The translations under genes were made by a program, and so were the position numbers. The notes beneath the pieces are model-generated. The model was not told where the DNA came from. It worked only from the letters and a program-made list of their open reading frames with translations, and did no database searches. Shown here piece after piece: positions 12,424 through 27,100 of a stretch of DNA of 64,000 nucleotides; the first letter of the stretch is position 1; every line of letters begins with the position of its first letter. Origin of the DNA: Phoronis australis (Eukaryota; Animalia; Phoronida); NCBI GenBank assembly GCA_002633005.1, contig NMRA01000382.1, positions 314,307 through 378,306 of the forward strand, written 5' to 3'.

Positions 12424-15400
12424 TTTCGCGGTAGACTATTCGTCACACTGAATTACTGTATCCCTTTCGAAGCAAACTTCTTGCACGATACGTCGAGTGT
12501 GGCGTCATTCTGACATAACGTTTCCAGATCCATTGCTCACGGAGGACTCGCAGACCCCAGGATGCTCCTAGATACCCATAGTCGTGTTTCCAAGGTTTCA
12601 CGTGAGATTCTTCTGGTTGTCTTCAATATCAAGTTCAACGAGTCAACCTACCTTGAAAACCTAAGAAACCAATAAATGGAGGTACAGTTAGTTGGATATT
12701 CTATAACTACATGTATACCTTACAGCGAATTATAAAGAAAACTTACATTGATCTAGAACTGCCATGACAAAAAAATTCCATGTTTCATTGAGCATGTTCA
12801 TCCTAGTCCTAAAACCCATTCATGGCGTGAGCTTACCACCCCGTTATACGAAATGTCTTCAGTGCAAGTTCTCAGTCCATACACGTGTTGGTTTTTGGGA
12901 TTACATTATTAACAAATATTTTAAATCTAGTGTTGGTGGTTTCACTGTAAACCAGATAGCATGCCTGTAGCCTGGGTGCTTCCTGCAAGACCGAAGACAT
13001 TAGCTCTTGCAATTACGGCGAACAATTTTCGTGGAACGGAAGCAGTCATGAATTCTACTCTACAATTAATGAATTCCACCATGTAATTCAACATTCCAAT
13101 CTCACCGACCAGTCGATCACTTCGCGAATACTCGAGCAACTTTCACTCACACGAACCTTGATCTTTAGTAGCTACAAAACAATTTATTCTTTGAGAGATG
13201 AAACAATGCCTCACTCTGCCACAAGATGGATCTAGTGGTTCGAGACAGTCACCGGAGCTTTCCCTCAGGCAAACAGGGATCAGTAAGCCGCAAGGCGAAA
13301 TGGCCTGGCTTGCAGATTGCTTGAGGCCTAGCAGGTGTTAAAGAGCCTTGTTTGTCCCACGGACCTTAATGATTTACTCATAGTGATATATGACATGGGC
13401 CAACATAGAGATATTATTCATTATTCTGTTTTTGTTACTTTGCTGCTCCTCTTACAGACATGCGTGCGCACATATTTCCATTTTTGAAACGCACGCTTCA
13501 TTGCATGAGTCACGTGACTTAGTCAGTGACTGAAAAGTTGGACTTGAATGTCAATTTTTAGTCAATCGATCCGTCATCGAAGTTATCACTTTTAACGATT
13601 GGTCTTAATTAACGGTTTTATAATTATAACCGACTTAGCAAGAATTGTTGATAACGCTTCGAAGGTTTCAACTTTTCTAATCAGCAGTTGCATTCAACGA
13701 TATCGACCGCAAATAGCATATCGCATGCCTTTAATGGGAAAGCGTACGTAGGAATTTGAAAGTCGGTTACTATGGCTAGCAAGGAAAAATATTCCAAACA
13801 TAGACAGTCATAGTGCAAAATTTTCTAATATCAAAATATGAAAAATCGAAGTCTAGTGAACGTTTAAAATTTTTGAACTTGAATGTTTTGATACGTGTAC
13901 ATTTGCAAAAGCGCCTGAGTCAGTCGTCAAATACCGAAAGGTGACATGCCGACACGGTGACATGCCGACACGGCGTGTTGACATTGTCTTGAAGAGGAAC
14001 ACTAGAAATCGATCGAAACCGACTAGTATGAGAAGTAAGCCTTATAGCCTAGCTGTTTATAGTGTTCAGCCGTTTTATGTAAATAAAGATCATGGTAACT
14101 TAGGCGTGGGATACTGAATGATGTTCCAGGCTCGTCATACCTATGATTCACAAAAAAACGATACGTAACGAACATGAAATTTTATAACTACTGATTTTCC
14201 ATTGCCTATTTCAACTTCAAACGACTTGAAATAAAACTGCTGTCAACTTCACAGGGCTGGAATTGTTGTTAGAAAATGTGTGAAATTTCATTCTCAACAA
14301 CCAGTCCTTCATTGGCGGCCAATTTGTTATAGAGTTCGGTAGTTGAAATCTCGAGTATTCCACGCTGACATGGGCCTTAAACTTGCTTGAATTTTACCGA
14401 ACACTAAACGTTCACGTAGGGCTTCTTTATGTAGATCTTTTAAAAATAATTTAATTCTTCTACAACACACACTTATCTTTTTTAAAGATTGAAAGGGTGA
14501 ACAAAGAAAAGGGGTAAGGACTTTCACTGGCACACTAACACTTATTCACACACTTCATCATTTAGCAATAATACCACTAAACAATATATGAATAAAATAT
14601 ATTACAGATATTACAGATTCATTGCATGGCAGCCCTCGACTGAGGCTCTCCCAATTATGTGGAAATTAGTTCTATACGTTCCTTTAGATCCACCCCGCCT
14701 TCGGAGTCCCACTGGCAGGCTTCATTCTTGACGATTGGGTCCTGCCCAAAGCTCTATCTGCCGATTCTCACATTCAAATGCATTTTGGGCGAAAGATACA
14801 CGTAGGCCTATGAAGATACACGAAGTCGCTGGCTCGCTGAATGTGTATGGGATTCAGGATGTCAGAACATTGGTCTCTCTGAATACATATATTTCGGGAA
14901 CAAAGGTTTGTAAAACCTACGATTGATTCGAATACCGTTGTATCACAGGTCTTCACCTATAACGTAAATTATCTCAATCTTTTCAATTCACGTTTAGCCA
15001 AGTTCTTACACAATAAAATTTTAATGGTTTTAACAGGCCATTCTTTCCTTTTGCTCGATATACGTGTACAACGGGCCAACATGTCATATTATTTGGCAGA
15101 ACACACGGGTTTGTACCGCTTTAACTTATGTTGGTCCTGATGCAAATTTCCACGATGCTGCTCAAACAATACAAGAATATCGCTGAATGCCAGTTCCTTA
15201 ACACTGATGTTATCCGCTATTCAAGGAGAAGAGAATACCGCGTAATTCCAAGAAACGAAATGGACATTTTTCTTTACACGCTACTAAGCCATACATAACA
15301 CGTTTCAAACAATTCAATGTTATGTCAAAAATAATTTCCCCCGTTTCCATAGTTCTCATACATACAGAGCATTGGTAACTACAGTTAACGAAACCGTGTC

Positions 15401-17539
15401 AACACCGAGATCAATTTTACAGGGCTTGACAACTTATTCCAAAGTCAGGTGACTGGACACCCTGGCTGACATCGATCTCTCAAGAGATATTTTAATTGAC
15501 CAAGAGCTGCAAGGTGCCAAATGCTGACATGGACATTTTTATGTTTAGCTAGCAATTGATAAGAAATTGTCATTAACTGTGTCGGAACCAGGATTTGAAC
15601 CGGCTATCTTACACTTTAAACGTGAAACTGACAAGCTCGTAAGAGAACTGAAGTCTAGCGTTGAAAACACACAGATTTCGTAATACATGTATGGCAACAG
15701 ACATTGTCTTCCCCAGCCAATCTAAAAGCTATCAAAGGTTAACAGTTCTAAAAAATTGATTATTTCATCTAATGTGAATACAACCAATATACCTGAACAC
15801 TATGAAGTCTATCTACTTACGACTCGGGCAATCTAGCCAGTAAAGCCCTGGCGACAAATCGTAACCTTTTACACAAGCGTTTTGATACGACAGCTAATCT
15901 CATGATCGAGCTTATCAAATACAAAAACCGGATCATGTTTTAATACTTCGAAAATTTCCAATTGCCTATATAGTCGCTCAATAGGTAATCGGATTAACGC
16001 TATGCTATATGAACCTACCTTTTCAATTTTAACCGATATCACAATGTACCTGCGGCGATATGAAACCTACCTTAATAACAGTGTTTCACTACCAATTAAC
16101 CAGAGTACTACACTGGTACTCTACATAACACCGGTCAGTATTGTCCCTGGTCACTGTCCGCCTGTTTTGAGGGAGTCAGGTTTCTATTTAATTTCTCACG
16201 CAGACAGAAACAGACCGGCGTATTTGATTAAAAAGTTTATTTGATGTTCACGGCTCACGCATCGATCACCATTATGAACGATTTGAACCAATCGTGCCAT
16301 ATTGACATAACATATTACCGCATTATCGTTGCTCTGCCTTGAATACACTGCTCGTTTAATTGCCGTTACCAGGGCCTTTGCCAAGCTGAATGGAATTATT
16401 GTGCTCATTGAATGGTAGTTCTTTCGTGACAAAACATTTGTTAGACGAGCTATCGAAGCTAACCTATTTAAAACACATGCGAATCTATTAAAGCCTAGTT
16501 TACTCGAGATTATGGGCATATAGGACAGCACTGTGGAGCTGTCGATGATCTTTTGTCAGTTTAGCACGTAGAAAGGAGAGCTTATTCCGGGGAAGGTACT
16601 AGTTTTGGGTGGACCATGGGAAATTACAATACTATTCCGAAGCCATAACGGCAATGAGTCATGAAAATGACTCATTTTTAGGGGAGTTTTTCATCATACC
16701 AAACAGTCACAATCTCCATAAGGTTTTTTCCTAGTCGAGACATGTTTTGTGCAAGGACTCAAACCTTGAAATGTGAACTTATCGGATTCAATTTAAAAAA
16801 AACACCACCTCACTGGACCGTCTTGATTGTGTCAGATTTAACCAGCTTCTGTTAAGTCCGATACTGTTGAAATTGGTCCACGTGTAGATCTTTTAACAGA
16901 ACTTGTAATAAGCAAAACCTTTTTTATAGTATTCATAGCCCGTTCAGAAGTGATCTTTTAAGAGTTACACAGACAGGACATCTAAGCAGATGGTAAGTCA
17001 ATCACTTGCTTAAAACGAGCGTTCAAAAAGGCGTCCGAGTGGTCGTTCCACGACAAGAAAAGCAAAATATTTGAATTCCGGCCGGACGGCCAATCGCGTG
17101 CGATTGATTTTATTGGGCGGGAAGGGACAAAACAGGAATTTAAATCACGACATATTGGAACGTATATTTTTCAAAACGGTGCAAAGGCGGATGAGCCTTC
17201 AGTGTGAGCAGACGTTACGTCTGACCATCAATCACTTGTTGAAACTTTTCAAACGTCATAGATCTGTCTTATGGACGGCACGTGAAGGCTGAATTAATTG
17301 GTAACCGCACCCTTTTTCGGGAACATGGCCGTGAAAAAATAATAACCTAAAGGCTTCCATTGAAAGTCAGCTTGCAAATCAACAAAGCCAGACGGGAAAT
17401 TCTAGGCCACTATGCCATTTTTACCCCAAATGCAAAGATTGGACATCCCAAAGCAATGGAATTCATACTACCAATTGAAACACGTAGAAGATGGATGAAA
17501 CAAGAAAATTGCACGATGCTCATGCGATGACATAACAGT

Positions 17540-17545
17540 TTTATT
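17540..17545 (-). promoter_or_regulatory. Candidate STRIP polyadenylation signal
   Basis: AATAAA on the minus strand ~570 nt after the stop, at the end of a U-rich 3' UTR-like stretch. Confidence 0.45.
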
Positions 17546-18114
17546 TACATAATTTACAAACAAAACACTATTAATACAACAAAATAAACAGAAAGAAGAC
17601 ATTGAGAAGTTCCAGTACTACCAACGTGGCAGACTTTTATGCAGTTACACTGTCTGAAACTAAAGATGGGGGGTACTGGCCATTTTAGGAATAGCGTGAA
17701 ACATGTCATAGTATACAAAGGATTGTGGGATATTGGCCACAACACCAGCAGACCTGCAGAGACGATTTCACTATAGTGGCATTTCATACAGCCAACGCTC
17801 AGGTTATGAAAAATAACACATAATCTCTATTCAAGATTGGCAGCCAGCTCACTGATCAAATGATCATCACCATAATATTCCTTAATCTGGATTGGATAGC
17901 TTATATCCCACAAATCCATGCTCCACCATAAGCATTACTATATATATAAGTTTCCACTCTCTGTAAGCAGGTCAATGTAATTACCTCAGCTCAAACAAAG
18001 GTATCATATAAATTAAGTCCAACACGTGAATGTAAAGATATGCATAATTTGCCACACAGATATCTAGAAGACATCTTTTTATGCTATGGCCAGACAACTC
18101 CCCCTAGTGTTCTA

Positions 18115-21100
18115 TTAGTGCTTTAACACTTGTTCCCAGTCTATACTGGTCGTGTAAACTTCTTGCTCCAGCCAGCGCTCATAGTTAAGCTTGAACTCAT
18201 CTGTCAGTGCCACCTTTTGGCCAAGAACACTGCATATGTTGTTGTCTACGGGCACAAACTCATCGTCCACGCCATTCTCATTGTATCGACGGGAGTTAAA
18301 ACGATCGACGCACGAGCGAAGGGCACATTCCTCTGCTTGGAAGTCCCATGGTCGGGCGTCCATATCTAGAAAAAGCAAAATGCGTATACAACTATCTATA
18401 CCAGCTCAGTTAACATTTCATAAAAACAATTTATAATGAATTTCCTTACATTTCTTACCAAAAATGAAACCTACTAGGAACTTATGATTAGCAAAATCAC
18501 ACAATTTATATCTAAGAAATATCACAATGTCTGACTTTCTGGAGCCCCAAAGGCATGTTCCGTTTTCAGCAAATTGGAGCGTAAAAGCTCATAAGACAAC
18601 AAATAAAACTTGTTTGGTATATTTAGCACTAGCACAGGAGTGTATGAGGTTCTCAACAATGGCTATGCACAGTGAAAAGTGGTATTTTGTGTCTTCCTGC
18701 CTTACAATATCACTTTAGAAAAACATGAACCCTTTGAAAACTAGAATTCCCCTTTAGTTACCCCAAGCTCGTGCAAATCAGAGAACATTTTGAAAAGGTA
18801 AGTCTGTGAGCTTACATGTGGATGACGTTGTTTTCAGGGGTTCATCTTAACACTTATTCCATTAAAGCAAGCTCCACATACTCTCAACTCGCAGACTCGC
18901 CATTTTCAAAGGTCCGTAAGTTATCCAGCTAGTTTCCATTCAAGTTAAAGCAGTAACCACTTCAAAAAGGTACGTTAACTGTAGAGCCAACTCCCATTCA
19001 AACCAGCAGAATCACCATTTCCAAAGGCCCAATAAATACTTAGCCGACATCCACTCAAAGCAACAAACTCACCAATTCCAAAAGCCCAATAATTAGTGAG
19101 CCAACATACATTAAAAACTAAATGCACTCACCATTTGAAATGGCTCAATTACTGAAGAATATCCTCAGTTCCAACCTGCTCTCACCACTTCAAAACGTCC
19201 AATTACACCTGAGCCGACATCCTTTTAAACTAGCACTCACCATTTCGAAGGGCCAAATAATTGTTGAGCCAACAACCATTACAACCAGCATGCTTACCGT
19301 TTCCAAAGGCCCAGTCATCGTTGAGTCGATGTCGCACCTTCTGATAGATGGCAGACATAGTCTTCATGTTACTCTTGCGCCATTGTCGGCCCAGATACTT
19401 GGTCTGCATCTTGAGTAGCTTAAGTACGTACAGCTGCATCATGGCGTGTTTCACCTTCAGCGCCCTCTTCAGGATTGGTGCCGACTTGAATACCACCAAC
19501 ATCTATGGATTAGAAAAATGTTTAAAATAGGAACACGCCTTGTTAATCCTGGAGGGTGGCGAGGCTTTTCTGATCAGTTCGAACCAACCTGTTGTTGCAA
19601 AACGTGTTGAAATTTTCCTACTCAAGCACCATAATGGCACCATATCTAACTGACTATAAGCATTAAGTTAAGAATTTATGCCTGCTTTATGTCAAAAAAT
19701 GTACAGAAAGGGAGGTACATAGAGATTAAGTAATCAAAATAATTTTAAAAAAAAATTTAGAAGGTTGCACTTTAAGTAATAATATGTCATAGGCAGTGGA
19801 TCAGGGAATAAAACAACGAGAGCGCTCGGAGGAGCGACACTTGGCGGGGTGACAACTCTCTGTTAACTTGTGCAGACATAACCAAAACAAAGTGAACTGA
19901 AAGCCAGCCAGCTGCGTGCATACGTGACCGAAGGAACAATGGTATCCGAAAATCTCGAATAATTCAAAAAGTAGACGTCGTAGAGCAAAATGGAAATTAT
20001 CTTCTGAAAGCCCGTTCAAAACTCTATCTAAAGTGGTAGTTTGTCAAACACGATAACATTCATGTGACTAGCCAAGAAATCAAATAGAGAGCATACAATC
20101 AACTACAATAAAGAACAATAGATGGCGCAACATGACGGTCCAGTCTACAGTAGGACAGTGCTGGCTGGGTCAGTCTGGGTCAACTAGGCATAACCAAAAC
20201 AAAGTGAGCTGAAACCCACCCAGCTGCGTGTGACCGAAGGAACAACGGTATCCGAAAATCTCGAATAATTCAAAAAGTAGACGTCGTAGCGCAAAATGGA
20301 AAATATCTCCTGAAAGCCCGTTCAAAACTCTATCTAAAGTGGTAGTTTGGCAAAAATCCAAAATTTTTTTTTGAAATTCAAAGTCAAATAACTCGAAAAC
20401 GGTAAGTCTGAGAAATACGCTCTCTCAGACTTTTTGAAAGGCCATTCTTCAAGGAATCCACATGCAAAAATTCACGTTATTTGCTCTTCCCATAAAAAAT
20501 GCGACACCAGAGCGATTGAAACCGTGTGAACATGCGCCACAGCCGCCATCTTGAAAGTGACTTCCGGTCCAATAATTTTTTATAAAAGTTTATTAAACTC
20601 AACAAACACGTGACCAGTTTGAAAGTGATTGGGTTGCAATTGCGCCCTCTAGAGGAGAAAACATTTTTAGCCATATTTCGGGGTACGCATGCGCCACGTC
20701 CAATATTTCCGCCATCTTTAACCGGAAGTCAACGATTTTCTGTACAATTGTAGCACATGCGTTCTAGTATATTCGTACCAATTTTCAGCCATGTAGGTCG
20801 AAAAATGCGGCCTCTACGAGTATTTGACTGTGAAATCGGATACAAAATGGCTGCCACGTCCGCCATTTTGTATCCGATCATGACCAAAAACTATAGCGTT
20901 CTAGCAGTTCCCGATCTACACGTTGTGTGCAAATTTCGTGTAAATCGGACCAAAATTGCGACCTGTAGAGAGCAAACAAAAAAAAAAAAAATTCCTGTCA
21001 GACCAACATACTTGACGGAATTCGAAGAATTCCGCCATGAAGTAAAAATATGGATGACCAGAGAAATAAGAGTATTCCCTGTCCGAGGCACATTTTGCTA

Positions 21101-24100
21101 GAACAATTGGCCTGTAGGGCTTGTCATTTTACAGGTAAAAAGCAATATGGCTGGGAATAAGCAGGTTCCACAACTGACACTAGATGGCCCCAAGAGCTGG
21201 TGCATCAAGACTTAACAGCAAATTTGATTGGAACATTCATCACTCACCATAGTCCTGGAGTGTTTCCACTTGGTCAGTTTATTCAGCACTCTTAGCAAGT
21301 TGATACATGAGAACAGATTACGCCAACAGTACTGGTGACTGTCACCAACTTCCTGGAGAACATGGGAAAAGTGTAACAGAACAAATATTCACGGCAATAC
21401 CACATGAGTTGATAGTACAAGTCATAGATGTCGCTATCGTAGTTTTCAATGGGGCTATTCGGAAAATCTACAATAACTAGAGGGCGTGCGTGTACTAGTG
21501 GTGATAGATTAACAGCCTCGATTTCGCGAGCCCTTTCAATACATGGTGAAATGGCTTGCAGCCGTGCCAACTGAATCTGAGATTGCGTAAAAAGGGTGCT
21601 TCTATGAGAGGAAGTAAGCACGACCTCATACAAAGGTAAGGTTTGTGATTATTTTTACGATTATTCCATGATTATTCTACCGATGCCTGTTAACTGAGGC
21701 ACTCGCCGATGTAGACTTCGCGGCAGTCAGTCGCCAGCCAGAGTCTGGTTAATCTTTGTATGTTGTGATATCTGATACGATACTTGTAGTAATCGGGATC
21801 TTTTCGTACATCATAACATTATTATTGTTTGGAATGATTTCTAAAAGTTTATCAGTGACAGTTACATCAATCAATGCTGAATATTTATGCTGTCAACTCG
21901 ATACAGGTTAACTTTGAGTTAAGATTAGAATCCAATCCCAATGGCAAAGGGTACGTGAGTGATAAATATCCATTGCATTAGACTATTTGTTTACTACCTA
22001 GTATCATATGTCTTCTGGAAATCTATTACACGTTGAAATGGAAATCTATCATGTCAGTTTTCACGTAACCTTTGGTTTTTAGGTTTGAAGGCTTGTACCG
22101 TGCAGAGGAGATATGCATCGCTTCTGCACCGTCCCTGAATGGACAAAAATTGGTTTTTAGCATTTGACTGCAGCTANCAATGTGTATTTTTCATGACACT
22201 TAAAATGTGCTTCTGATCTCAACAAGTAAAATTCATTCTAGGAGTCAATTTTTTTCCAATGCAATGTTACGACATTTACTGAATTAAGGCTTATTCATGT
22301 TAATTTGAAACTGAGCTGGTGGTCCTGGGGGTGGGGTCCACGATAAAATAAGGAAACTCAATCATCTAGAGAATTTTATTGGAAACGGCATAGTTTTGAA
22401 GAGAAACTGCTGTGAAAAAGTCACTCTTGACTTCTGTGCATCACGCACCATACAACTCTTATTTTGGGAGCACTCCCACCCAGGACAATATATGTGCTGC
22501 TAGCCTACCCGGCATCGGGTGAGTTTCCAAAAAGAAACACTTAGTTCCACTCAATAAAACTGTTATTCAGTGGGGTAACTGGTGGGGATAACATCACCGA
22601 ATGATGTTGATAGAAACTGGTTGCTAAAAACTTACCAAGTAATGTTGTGTAGTCTCCTAATGGAACTGCATAGTCATAGAGCACACACGGGGCTTCAGCA
22701 TCCACACACTTTTTGTCAGTTAGTTGACCCTGTCGACCGCACTTGTCCACGAATATAGTAACCTTAGGTCTTTTGGGAATTTGTCGCCACCTGTCGAAGA
22801 CTTGCACCAGGGAAATTAGCAGTAATAGGGTTTACTGCGACGACGTATTTTGATAAAAATTCCATCTTTTACCAGTTGTTTACATGCAGACAGCCACGCA
22901 TGCGCAATTTAATCACCACTAGTACAGCAGCGACACCGCGAGGAGAATTCTCCGGATAGCCCCATTGACTGTTTTTCTCGAATATGTTTCCCAGTTATGG
23001 CTGGTACTTGGACAGTGTAGAGATGGTCTGATCACAAATTTGGTAACTCATAATCTTTATTAAAACTACCATAATAAGCAATTATTAATTTGCACAGAAA
23101 TTTTTTTCTCGAGCATAAGTTTGGCAGATGAAAGAGATAATTTAAAAGTAGTTCAAATACAAAGTAACGTACCAAACTCTCCGCTGTCAACTCAGGCTGC
23201 TCTCCGATCACACAATTTGGAAAATCCAATACACCAATACTGCGAGAAAAGTAAACGTGTCACAAAGAAGCAAAACATTTCCCTGTCAATTGTTTCAATT
23301 CAACAGTTATTGGTATGTTTGAGAAAAGAAGGTTGGTGGAAAAGTCATATAGAAAATGGAACAGGGATCAGTAACAGTAAATTTTGGAAAAGAGCAGAAC
23401 TCTGCCAAGGAACTACTTTCCTAAATGTTTACACAATCCATCCAAATAAGCTCAATTCTTTTATTTACTTTTTGAGCATGTTGTTTGCAAAAAATTGTCA
23501 AAACATTCTGGAGAAAGCCATCAACTCTGAGAGAAAATTAAAAATTTTGTTTTCCAAGAACTCTTTGCAAGGACGCCATTAAAACTAATGTTTTGTACCC
23601 TCTCACAATGGTGAAAATTACCTACCATTGTAACAACTACTTATTAATACCAATACACCAAAAAGTCTGATTAATTTCAAATGTTTGCATCATGAAAGTT
23701 GACGACCCATCTTTCTGGCTACTCTCACCGTGACTTCTGCTAGCACTCAGTCATCACTGGAGGGAATACCACATCATTTTTCTGATGATTTTTTTCAATC
23801 TTTATCATCTTTACAAGACTCCTTAATGCAGAGCAACAGCACACATTCTCATTACATAGGGTATTTACCTGTTTTTGGCAGCGACGTAGGACATGATGTT
23901 CTGATTGAAGAACTTGAGCACGAGAGGAATGCAGTTGGCAAACACGAGATGTTGACTCATGAACTCAAACTGAAACAGAATGTCGAGGAGAGTACAGGCA
24001 GAGTTTGAACACTTGGAATATATGTCGCCTTGCCTAGTACAATGAGGAGACAGTGCCTTTTATCATAGCAGAGCAAGACTTAGTTTACTTAGTCTTACCA

Positions 24101-27100
24101 TAGATTATAGACAACAGACATTTTCTTGCGTACTATCCTAGAGGAGGCGCCACTCTCTTAAATTACCAGTTTCAGTTTCCGGTTAGTGTACTGTGATGGG
24201 AAATTCTCGTATCTAGTTTATTGTCCAGTACAATGAAAAAAAAGTTTTGGTATTCAAGTTCAAACGCTGTTCAAAGTGAACTGTTGGTATCGTGTGCACT
24301 GTTGGCACCCGACCACACAACAGCCAACCATGATTAGAAGACGATGTACTTGTCGGAAGTAAAACTTGCAAATTTTGCCAGGTGTCGCTATGAAAAATTC
24401 CATCACGCTTTATGTGTAAGATCATAGATTTCGTCCACTGAAAATTATATGGACTTGGCGGTCTATGTACTATAATCTATGGTCTTACCTGATAAATATG
24501 GTTCAACTTGAAATGTTTCAGCAGCAGTAGCAGGAGTCCTGAGATGGCTTTAACAATGATTTCTTTGTGACGGTTCACATCCATACCTAGCTTCATGGAC
24601 TGAAGCACTGTTGTGCTGTAGGGGTGAAAGAAAGAACAGTTTTGTTATCTGTTGTCATATCTTCCACACACAAAAGATAACCAACACTGTAATTTTTTTG
24701 ATTTCGCAAAGGCAGGTTAAGATAAAACTTTACTACCTTGAAGGTGATATCTCACAATACAGTGGAATTATAGTGAATTTTTATTTGGTCAAAAATTTTT
24801 GGAATTTATGCTGCTGATAATTTGGTTTGTACCATGCATGTACATCATTCATCACCTAGTAACAAAATTTTTCCTTTTAGCTTAAAACACATTTTTTATG
24901 CATAATCGAAGAGACCATTCCACGTTCACTGTACTTCAGACATGCAAAGTTGGAAATCTGAGGGGATGCTGTGAAAGAAAGATCGTTACCAATGTGTACT
25001 TACGACAGAGTACACAGTTGATGGTTTTGGTATAAAAACCTTTCAGTAATCCAATAGCTGAACGAGCAGGACTGCTATTATCGTGGATTAAGTTTTTCCT
25101 TAAAACTAAAAAATTTTAAAGGTTTTACTGTGATACACGATATTTTCAGAAAGCAACTACATTCACTTATACCATAGATCAATTAAGGTATATTAAAGTG
25201 TCAAATACTAACGGCATTTCCTCAGGCAGAACGTCTGCTAAAATATTGATGGAATCTGTTTTCGCTTTCGACGTTGGAGCACCGGCCAATAAAATCTTCA
25301 GCAATGCAATCTGCAATAAAAACACAGCATCAAGTGGATGAAATTACATGACAGAAGTTAAACAGGTGTGATATAAAGGTGAGGCAGTACCTTAGTTTGT
25401 GAATGTGATATAAAGGTGAGGCAGTACCTTAGTTTGTGAATGTGATATAAAGGTGAGGCAATACCTTAGTTTGTGAATGTGATATAAAGGTGAGGCAGTA
25501 CCTTAGTTTGTGAATAGGAATGCAAGCTAATTTGCATGAGCTTGTATTGGTCAATTATCCAAAGCGCATTAGACACTGGGTTTTAAGTAGAGACAAAATC
25601 CATCGTGATTGTTTAACGAAGCACATTACATGAAGTTTACCTGTTAACTGGTCATTTTCAGAAGCCTTCAAACAATAAATGAATATCTTATTGCTTACTG
25701 CTTAAAGTGGCAAAACAAATTTGATTTAAACCACTCTTTGCTAAATCTGAAGGGCTGAGTAAACAAACTAGAACACCTGAGCCATGAAACTTTGTGCAAG
25801 TTAAGAGAAAACATGACAGATGTATGTCCAACTGATGCGAGTTTTGCTGTCAAACGGGTGTGGCATGTATACTGACCATGTACTGTGGCAGGCTGGGCAA
25901 CATGGCGACGTACAAGATCTCCGCTGACGTTTGAGGGATGTCGGCCTCCGGCTGCAACAAAAGGGAACAGAAGTTAAGTGCCATCAACCACGTGACTAGC
26001 AAAGAAAAACAGACCATGTATTGTAGTCTTTCGAGACTAACAGCAAGTTACAGGTAATTAGGAGTATTGTGAATATTAGTGATTGTTAGATTGATATCAC
26101 GTACTGCAGAGTGTAATATCACACAAAGATATAGCCGATAAGTGAATTTCATTTTCACATTTTTTTCCATGGAAGGTATGTAGCACTAAATTAATTCGTT
26201 TTCCATGTTCAAGTTCTGTACCATAGCTATTCCCTCACAATGAGGTGAGAAATTGTGACCATTCACAGCATTAGAAGTCACTGAAAGACGAAATACTTTT
26301 AACACTCACAATCTAATTTGATACAAATTATTGAGTGGCTTACCCTGGACAATGGGTTTTTGGTAATCTCTTCTTCTCTCTTTATCTGCACTTCTGCCAG
26401 GGATGTATAGAGATGCTGGAATATAAATGAAAGCATAGTAGAATCAACATCACCACAGCACAAATCTTAGTCGATTCCTAAGTTAAAACAGTCATTCTAC
26501 AACACTTGAATTAAGTTAACACACGACACTAATGACTAGCATGCATTTTCTAATACAAAATGAATGAAAGACAGGTTCCAAACCATGATATGGACATATT
26601 AAACCAAGTAAAGAACTGGATTCTAACAGTTGAATGTTGTGTACTGGAAGAACATTTTGTATAACTTTTGGCAAAGAGGTGCAGGCGTTTCACGAACAGC
26701 GAGAGCCCAAGCTGCACAGAGACGTGTATCATGCACCTGCCGACCACCCATCCATACCTGTCCCTCAATTGTCTTCTGGAGTTTTGGGCCATACCCATTC
26801 AACAAAATATTTGAAACTGTACTGTTCTGCTAGAAGGAACTACTGGCAGTTGGATTGGCAATGTCTGCAGAAAAATTTAAGAGAGTTGTTCCAGACTATA
26901 CTTACTCAATACAGCCAGGGCCTCGTCTTTCTCTAAAGCCATGTGATCAATTTTCAGACTCGCGTCAACAAGGTAGTATAAATTACAAATACATCATAAC
27001 ACACAATGAGAGATATCAAGATTGACCATTACAATAGGTGTCACCCAGGCTTCTATTCCAATTCTTACCTGTTTTAAAACAGCAACTCCCTGGTGAATGG

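Noticed and set aside
23121-23582. 153-aa + strand ORF
   Set aside because: Antisense to STRIP exon 16 and its intron; no motif support.
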